The notes beneath the pieces were generated by a model. That model was not told the DNA's origin. It worked only from the letters and a program-made list of their open reading frames with translations, and made no database searches. A DNA stretch of 64,000 nt from the human T2T-CHM13v2.0 reference genome, Homo sapiens. Each line of letters begins with the position of its first letter. Position 1 is the first letter of the stretch. Location: assembly GCF_009914755.1 (NCBI RefSeq), contig NC_060934.1; one strand, 5' to 3'. Of this stretch, positions 54,740-64,000 are shown piece by piece. A program made the translations under genes and the position numbers.

Positions 54740-54830
54740 GCTTTAGAACTTAAGAATCTGCCTGGTGAGTTCAACTCTGGGAATCAACCAAGCAACAGAG
54801 AAAAAAACAGATACCGAGATATTCTTCCAT
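54740..54830 (+). CDS. PTPN20: PTPN20 coding exon 6 (ALELKNLPGEFNSGNQPSNREKNRYRDILP), 91 nt, phase 0 to 1; PTP motif 1 (KNRY loop)
   Basis: ttttaaag| acceptor; CAT|gtaagc donor; NxxKNRY motif of classical PTPs. Confidence 0.96.
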
Positions 54831-56941
54831 GTAAGCTAAAAATAGTTTTGATTATTTTCCTGTTTACATTTAGAAAAAGTGCAAAGGGCACTGTATGGCT
54901 TTTTGTATGAGACATTTTGGCCTGTGACCATGATAAAGGGTTCTGGTACATAGCACTGGGTGATCTGGGCATATTCTAAGATATGTGCTAGATATGAGAG
55001 AGTCAGGTCCTCTGTTTTCTGGTACATCCTTCAGCCACTGTTACAGGGTCCTTTACAGCAGTCCTTCAGCCTTGTTCTCATATATTGCTGCTTCTCAGAG
55101 CATGAGCCTTCCAAAACATAAAATCCAATAGTCTGAGTCATACACCACTTTTGGTACCCGAAGCCTTAACCACCTTCTCTGGCTATTTTGTTTAGACACG
55201 CGAAAAAAGAGCTATTTGCATCCTTCATCCTGGACAATAAAGCTGTTAATCTGCTCTCCAACAGGAGGCTGCCTTTTGATTGTCTCCACAGAGCCTTAAC
55301 GTTGCTTCCCTGTGTTGGATGGGAGGGTAGTGGCACCTTCTGTCCTCCTCACTCAGTTACTCTTAGGAGTTATCCATCTCAGGCCATTCAAAGAGCAGAA
55401 TCAAAACACAGCAATGCAATTTTAATCTTAGGCAGGATATCTCATTCCATAACTCACATTCCTTTCAAAGTCAAAGTTTTTCAAAACTAAATTTACTATT
55501 TTACTTCCTCCAACTTGACCCTCTTCTTATATTCTATATCTTATGTAATCACCAAGTTCAAACCAGAAAACAGGGAGTCAGTTGATTCTACCTCCATAAT
55601 ACCTCTGGGGTCCTCCCCCATCTCTCAGTTCCCACTGCTGCTGACTTAGACTGAGCCCATTTTACCTCTCAGCTGGTTACGTTCTTCTTTACTGCCTCCC
55701 TTTCTGATCATTCACAAAAGCTACTGAGATTTTCATAAAATGCAAGTCAGAACATGTAGCTCTTCTTTTAAAGCTCTTTCTTGGCTCTTTGTTACTATCA
55801 TGGTACAGTTGTTTAACATGGCCTAAGAATTTCACCTGTTTGCCTCTCTAGCCTTAGCTCTCCCACAAAACTTCTTTTGGTATCTAGAATTCATAATTCT
55901 TTTCTTATTTGTTGGTTTTTATGCCTCTTAACCTGCAGTTCTTGAAAGAACTACTCATCCCTTCTTTGCTGAGGCAGTTCCTGCTATCTTTCTTAACCAG
56001 CTCCAATAGGCTTTTCTTATTTTCCTCAAAGCTAGGTTTGGTGTTTTTCCAGTAGTCTCACAGCATCTTGTAACCACTCTCCCCTTCTACCAAACCATAT
56101 TTTAATTATTTTCACTTTTGTTTCTCCTACTAGACTTGAGATAGTTATTATAAAAACCAGAGTGGAACACAGTGATTGCGGTCACTAGATAAATACCTTC
56201 ATGTTTAGTTGGTTTATTAGAATTGAAACTAACTTTATGATGATAAAAAACAAGTACATATCCAACATGGTTAAAATAAGCTATTCTGTTATCTTCTGTG
56301 GGGAGAGTGTGGAGAAGTGCATTGATGAATACTTCTGAAATCAGAATAATGAACCATGATTAGACATTTTAATAAATAATACTAATAATTTGTTGCTTCT
56401 CCAAAATGTCAAAGGTCCAAATTTTATAATTTCTATTTCTGCATGTGCAGTTTGCCCTCAAGGAGACTAAAAGCAAACATGCCTTAAAAATTAGCCTCTC
56501 GGGATTGTAAGAAGCTCATTTTACAATAGAAGGTACACATAATATTTGATCTGACTTGAAGTTTTTATTCTGGATATCAAAAGAGTTACAACTAAGAAAT
56601 TCAAAGATAATAAAAATAATGTTAAATCATTAAAGTAAGGGAAGTTATGTAAAACTTTTGGCTTTTCATAAAAGAAAAGAAACTATAATTCAACCATATT
56701 CTTTTTAAAGGCCCATTGGTATATCTACCTCATAACGCAGTGTAATCTAATCTGAAACTCAGCCAACTTAAGTGGCCATCATAGAAAGCTCTGTGGTTTT
56801 TTTAATCACACATTTCTTGACTTTATAGAAAAGGTTCCTGAAGACTCATATTAAGAAAGCTAAAGAAGTAATTTATTTGTCGTCTTCAAATGCTGAGAAC
56901 ACTAAATAGATGAATTCACACACCTTTGAACACTGCAAATA

Positions 56942-58322
56942 TAGGGAACCTTCACTTTGCATGGCCCCAATATGCTCAAATATCAGTTACTGTGTTTAGC
57001 TAAATAACACCAGTCCCACAGTACAATTCACATTTTAGTTACCACAATATATTCACTGCAAGTAATTGCCTAAAGTAGTAAGCATCTTTGCTGGCACTTT
57101 AGTCCACAAGTCCCTATGTAAATAACAGATGTGCATCATGACCAGTGACTAATAAATGTTACTTCTTTCAAAATATGTCAGTGATAGGTAACTGTGAGCC
57201 TCTTATTCAGTTCACACACAGCAAAGCATGTGATTGTATTGTCTCCTTGTCTCTCAATGGTAAACCCCTATGACCTTTTACCAAAATGTATAATCAAGAG
57301 AGAGATTTGGCTGAGAGAGATGAAACTGCAATAAAGGGATAAAAAGTGATAATGTTGGAAATGAAATTTGAATGGAGTTATAGAAGAACTAGCTGACCAG
57401 GGACATGCTGACACTGCTACTGCTCAAAAGACCCTAGAGCTGCAGCCTAAGGCACCTGTGGAAGGGGAACTTACCGACATGAATGACCAAAGTGCTTGTG
57501 AGGAAAAGGATAAAGGCAACCTAGGGGAAGCAATGATGGTAGAAAACTTGACATTAAAGAAACTTTGGAGCTATTTCACAACAATATAAGTGCCAAGGAT
57601 AAAAGGTGGAAACTGATCCAGACTTGGAAGTTAGCCTAGACATAGAAAAAATGCTCACTCTGTATTGTAAGTTATACAACAAAAAGAAGAGGCAAACACT
57701 GTTCAAACTACTCTGGGTAAGTTTTGTTTTTTTGTTTTTTTTTTAACAAATTAAATGCTTTAATTCCCAATATTTCTAATGTTTTAAATTACAATGTTCT
57801 AAATAAATATTAGTCTTGCTATTTTTTGCTTCTCTATATATGTATAGCCAGCAATAAGTGAGTTTTTAATGATTTCACAAAAAATGTTAAGAGCCATGAA
57901 ACAAGAATAATATTTCCTATTGATTACTAAGATCCTTTTGTGACTGGGCGCGGTGGCTCATGCCTGTAATCCCAGCACTTTGGGAGGCTGAGGCGGGCAG
58001 ATCAGGAGGTCAGGAGATCAAGACCATCCTGGCTAACACGGTGAAACCCTGTCTCTACTAAAAATACAAAAAAATTAGCTGGGCGTGGTGGAGGCCCCTG
58101 TAGTCCCAGCTACTCAGGAGGCTGAGGCAGGAGAATGGCGTGAACTCAGGAGGCGGAGCTTGCAGTGAGCCGAGCTGAGATAGCGCCACTGCACTCCAGC
58201 CCCGGGCGACAGAGCAAGACTCCGTCTCAACAACAACAACAACAACAAAGGTCCTTTCGCGTGGTTTCAACTTGCATGGTCATATTTATGGCCCTGTACC
58301 ATCATGCCAAGCAAGAATGGCC
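56942..58322 (+). mobile_element. Tigger6a-like DNA transposon interrupted by AluY
   Basis: cttcactttgcatgg...aaataacaccagtccc...cagatgtgcatcatgaccagtgac; inverted terminus ...gccaagcaagaatggcc. Confidence 0.7.
57942..58248 (+). mobile_element. AluY with (CAA)n tail
   Basis: Y-diagnostic accatcctggctaacacggtg and gaatggcgtgaac...gagcttgcag; flanks aagatccttt/aaggtccttt. Confidence 0.93.
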
Positions 58323-59530
58323 TTTATTATGTAGTATAGGAATTTTTAGGTATAAAGACAATATCTTCCATTTCTTTACCATTTCACAACTTACAAAGCA
58401 GTTTGAAGGCTAATAAAAGAGCGAGTCACACAGGTTCCCCAACTCCTGGCCTAATATTTTTTCTGTTACTTATCTATCAGGGACCTATTCAGAACTAATA
58501 AAGGTAGTGACTTAGGTTTCTGTTAGCTTCTCACTTTTCAGAGCATGCTTATATATTTCTCATTGAGTGTTCTGTATGATCATGTGAGAAGAACAGAGAA
58601 GATGATAATATCTAAATTTAATGCAAGACAATAAGGAAGGGATAATCTTTCAACAAATCATCTGGACAGTTGCATATTCATGTACCAAAAATGAACTTTG
58701 ATTCTTACCTCACAACTTATATAAAAATTAACTCAAAATAGATTATAGACCTATCATTAGAGTTAAAAACATAAAACTTCTGAAAGAAACCCTAGGAGAA
58801 AACGTTACTGCCCTTGGCTTTGGCAAATTTTTCCTAAATAGGACACAAAACCCTCAAATTGTAAAAGAAAAAAAATAAATTGGACTTCATCAAATTAAAA
58901 AAAAAACCCTGCTCTTCAAAGCATATTATTATAAAACCAAAAAGGAAAGCAACAGGCTAGAAGAAAAATACAGGCAAAACATTTATCTCACAAAAACTTA
59001 TATTTATAATCTATAATTACTACAAATCAAGAAGAGGACAAATAACCCAACACTAAATGAGCAAAAAATTTGAGCAGACACTTCTCAGGGAAGATATAAG
59101 GATGGCAAATAAATGCATGAAATGATATTCACCATTGTAAATCATTAGGAAAATGCAAATTAAAACCATAATGAGATACCATTTTACACTCACTGCAATG
59201 AAATGGAATTTGTTTCTAATAAAGTTAAACATGTACCTACCATATGATTTAGCAGTTCTATTCATATGTTTTACCTAAGAGAAATTAAAGCATATGTCTG
59301 CATAAAGACTTATATACTAATGTTCATATCAGATTTACTTATAATAGCCAAAAACTGGAAACAGTGCAAATGCCCATCAACGGAAGAGTGAATAAACAAA
59401 TTGTGGTATGTCTACATAATAGAATGCAACTAGGCAATAAAAAATGACTAACAATGCATTGAACAACATGAATGAATCTTAAAATAATTTTACTCAGTGA
59501 AATAAGCCAGTCAAAAGAGTATATACTGTG

Positions 59531-61797
59531 TGTTATGAGCCAAATTAAATTCTCCCAAAATTTGTATGTTGAAGTTCCAACCCTTTGTACCTCAGAATGT
59601 GACCTGATTTGGAGATAGGGCCTTTAAAGTAGTAATTAATATAAAATGAGGTTCTTAGAGTGTGCCCAATCCAATCCATCAGATGTCCTTATATAAAGAA
59701 GAAATTGGGACACACAAGAGACATCAGGGATCCAAAGGCACAGAGAAAGGTCCATGTGAAGACACAGCAAGAAGGCAGCCATTGGCAGGCCAAGGAGAGA
59801 GGCCTCAGGAAAAACCAAGCCTGCTGCCACCTTGATCTTTGTCTTAGTTTCTTTGTGTTGCTATAGAGGAATAATTTATGAAGGAAAGGGATTTAGTTAG
59901 CTCATAGTTCTGCAGACCGGAAGGTTCAAGAGTGGGCATCTGGTGAGGGCTATGGGCTGCTTCCACTCATGGTGGAAAGTGAAGTAAAACCAGCATATGC
60001 AGAGATCACATGGTGAGAGAGGAAGCAGGAGAGAAATGGGGAGGTACCAGGCTCTTGCAGAACGAATAGAGTGAGAGCTCACTCCTGCCATTAATCTATT
60101 AATGAGGGATGTGCCCTTGTGACTCAAACACCTCCCATTAGGCTCCACTTCCAACATTGGGAATCAAGTTTCAACATGAGGTTTAGAAGGGCCAAACATC
60201 TAAATCATAGCATTTTGCCCCCGGCCCTTTAAAACTTATGTTCTTACCACATTGCAAAATACAATTATTCCTTCCCAATAGTCCCTAAAAGTCAACTTGT
60301 TTCAGCACCAACTTAAAAGTTCAAAGTCACATCTGAGACTCAAAGTAAGTTCTTTCCAGTTGTAAGCCTGTAAAATCAAAAAAGAGATTATTTACCTCCA
60401 AGGTACAATGGTGGTACAGGCACTGGGTAAATGTTTCCATTCCAAAAAGGAAAAATTGGTCAAAAGAAAGGGATAATAGGCCCCATGCAAGTCCAAAACA
60501 CAGCAGGGCACACTTTAAATCTTAAAGCTCCAAAATAATCTCCTTTGACTCTATCTCCTACATATTGGTCACAGTGGTGTGTGGGGTGGGCTCCCAAGGC
60601 CTTGAGTAGCCCTTCCCCCATAGCTTTGCTGGGCGTAGACCACTGGCTGCTTCCATGGGTTGTAATAATGCTGCAGCTTTTTCAGGCTGAGGTGGAATGC
60701 TGTGGATAGCTCTACTATTGTGGGGTTCCAGCACCTTTGTGGGTCCACTAAGAGTTGCCCTGGTGGGGACTCTAAGGAAACTCCAACCCAACATTTCCAC
60801 TAAAGATTGCCTTGGTAGGGGCTCTCTTTGGTGGCTCCACTCCTGCAATAGGCATCTGCCTGCTTTCCCAGGCTTTTTAATATATTCTCTGAAATTTAGG
60901 TTAAAGCTGCCAAGCCTCCATGTCCCTTGCATTCTGGATGCCTGCAGACTTAACACCACATGAATGCCACCAAGGCTTACCACTTAGCCCCTCAGGAGCA
61001 GTGGCCCAAACCCTACCTGGGGCCATTTGACCCACTGCTGGAGCCAGAGCAGCCAGGATGTGGGGAGCAGCATCCTGAGGTGGCCAAGGGCAGTGGTGCT
61101 CCAGGTCTGTCCCCAGAAGGCCTTGGGGCCTATTAGGGAAGGGGTGGCCCCAAATATTTCTGAAGTGCCTTTGGGCACTTTTTCCAGACACTCTCTCATA
61201 TTATTGTCTTTTTCTGAGCCTTCCACACACTTCCAACCTCCGCTCATCGCCCAGTTCCAAAACTGCTTCCACATTTTCAGGTATCTTTATAGCAACACCC
61301 CAATTCTCAGTACCAATTTTCTGTCTTATTCCATTTTGTATTGCTATAAAGGAATACTTGGGGCTGGTTAATTTATAAATAAAAGAGGTTTATTTAATTC
61401 CCAGTTCTGCTGGCTGGAAGGTTCAAGATTGGGCCTCTAGTGAGGGCTTCAGGCTACTTCCACTCATGGTAGAAGGTGAAGTGGAATCAGCATGTGCAGA
61501 GATTACATGGTGAAAGAGGACACAAGAGGGAGAGAGAGAGGTGCCTGGTCCTTTTTAATAATCGGTTTTTGCGGCAGTGAATAGAGTGAGAACTCACTCA
61601 ACCCTGAGGAAGGGCATCAATCTATTCATGAGTGATTTGTCTCCATGACTCAAAACCTCCCATTAGGCCCCACTTCCAATGTTGGGGATCAGTTTTCAAC
61701 ATAAGGTTTGGAGAGGACAAACATCCAAACCATAACAATACTGGACTTCCAGCCTCCAGAATGTGAAAATAAATTTCAAACCTAGAAAACTAATATA
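59531..61797 (+). mobile_element. MLT1A/MST-like solo LTR split at 59839/61738
   Basis: ...ccaccttgatctt|insert|...ggacttccagcctccagaa; flanks ctgtg/ctgta. Confidence 0.75.
59840..61737 (-). mobile_element. MST-type MaLR provirus: LTR 59840-60212, shortened internal region, LTR 61322-61737
   Basis: Two similar LTR copies (ggaaggttcaaga...ttccactcatggt...cctcccattaggc) flank MST/THE1-like internal sequence. Confidence 0.85.
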
Positions 61798-62199
61798 CTG
61801 TATGCTTCCACATATATAAAATGTTAGAAAATTTAAACTAATTTGTATTGACAGAACGTCTCAGTGGTTGCCTTGGGGCAAGATGAGAGCAAGAAGGATA
61901 GATTATAAAGAGGCATGAGGATAGTTTTGCACTGATGGAGATGTTTAATTATCTTTATTGTGGTGGTGGTCTCATGGGTGCACATGTATGACAGTTTTAC
62001 CTCCATAAACTGTTAAAAAGGTGGTTTGTGAGTGCAAAAGGTATATTACACTTTTAAAAAATTTTCATACACTTCAGCATTATAATATAGATAGATGGGA
62101 AAACAAGCTCTTCAAGGCAGAGATTTAACAAGCTTCTTTCTGTACTTCTTGAGGTTGCTCTATGTTTGTTTCTGCTACTACCACCCACTAATAATAATA

Positions 62200-63031
<832 letters not shown>

Positions 63032-63752
63032 TCTCGTCATTCTTCTTATAGATATGAAACTATGTTTTGTAGTATTTGTTGCTATTACTTCATTTTCTTT
63101 CCCTTTTCCCTTAATTTGAAATCACTGTTCTGATGAATTAATTGTTTGATTGGAGATGGGTATAAGTAGTTGATGCAGTCTCAAGCTCTACTTTTTTTTT
63201 TTTTTTTTTTATCCTGATAAACGAATATCCTTGTTGGTTTTAGGAATCTTGGGTTTTAGTTCTTTTTTTTCTCATTTTTTTTCCCTGAGTGTTACTTCAC
63301 TGTCCTCTTCCTTCCAGTGTTTTAGATGAGAACTGTAATGGCCATCTGACTCCTTTTCTTCATGAGAAATATGCTCTTTTATTTCAAAATCTTTAACTAT
63401 TTTCCTGGAATTAAATAATGTTACCAGGTATGCTTCATTTCCATCATTCTTACCTAGACAAATAAACCCTTTAATTGATCTTCCTTTAGTTGTAATTTCT
63501 ACTCTTCAGTCTACTCTTGTCTTTTTTTTTTTTTTTTTTTAGTTTCTATGAATTTTAGGGTTGCCTCTTGGTTCTATCTTATAAAACCTTTTCTCGTTAC
63601 TTCTTTTACCTCTGTAGTTTTGCAAGTACTTTCTCTATCTCTCTCTCTCTCTCATTTTTATTCTTATTTTTTTCTTTCACTTGGTTTTATAGGAAACTAA
63701 TATAAGTTTTTAAAAAATTTCCTCCTTCAAATCATCTACTAAAATTTTTAGC

Positions 63753-64000
63753 TTGTTTAATGGTTAATTTCATGTGTCAACTAGGCTAGGCTATGATACT
63801 CAGCTATTTGGTCAAATATTAGGCTAGATGTTGGTGTGAAGGTATTTTTTAAAAGATGTAATTAACATTTAGATTAGCAGACTTTGAGTAAAGCTGATTA
63901 GCCTCCATAACGAGAGTGGGCCTTATTCAGTCAGTTGAAGTCATTAAGAAAAAAACGCTAAAATTTCCAGAGGAAGAAGGAATTCTACCTCCAGACTGCC
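63753..64000 (+). mobile_element. MLT2 (ERVL) LTR, running off the window end
   Basis: atggttaatttcatgtgtcaactaggctagg...cagactttgagtaaagc...gaagaaggaattctacctccagactgcc. Confidence 0.85.

Larger units (their letters stand above)
58630..62020 (+). mobile_element. L1M 3' region (sense) split by nested MaLR insertions
   Basis: L1 stops at ...gagtatatactgtg (59530) and resumes ctgtatgcttcca (61798). Confidence 0.8.

Noticed and set aside
60558-61371. Cluster of 88-141 aa ORFs on both strands
   Set aside because: MST internal region; GC-rich decayed MaLR sequence.

Overview
Primate (almost certainly human, 10q11.22) genomic DNA from the 5' half of PTPN20, a non-receptor protein tyrosine phosphatase, on the + strand. 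Six coding exons splice with canonical AG/GT sites and compatible phases: 19269-19302, 27389-27483, 30684-30781, 33329-33441, 51767-51918 and 54740-54830. Together they give MSSPRDFRAEP...EKNRYRDILP, ending at the KNRY loop at the start of the PTP domain. The first exon/promoter and the remaining catalytic exons lie outside the window. The rest is repeat-dense intron (Alu, L1, L2, MIR, MaLR/ERVL/ERV1 LTRs, MER/Tigger transposons), and nearly all ORFs in the supplied track are repeat-derived noise. Best leads: (1) possible fossil PDZ exons at the window start, left from the ancestral PTPN13-like FRMPD2-PTPN20 gene; (2) a strong-context out-of-frame AUG whose 15-codon uORF stops on the first codon of the next exon but is in frame with the phosphatase if that exon is skipped; (3) a consensus internal 5' splice site that would delete the KNRY loop in frame; (4) a perfect RFX X-box palindrome in a repeat-poor island with candidate 5'UTR exons; (5) a 116-bp templated insertion, a tailless U2 retrocopy and a 27-bp fold-back hairpin. 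Repeat subfamilies and boundaries were assigned by eye and are approximate, and reference sequences were recalled from memory.
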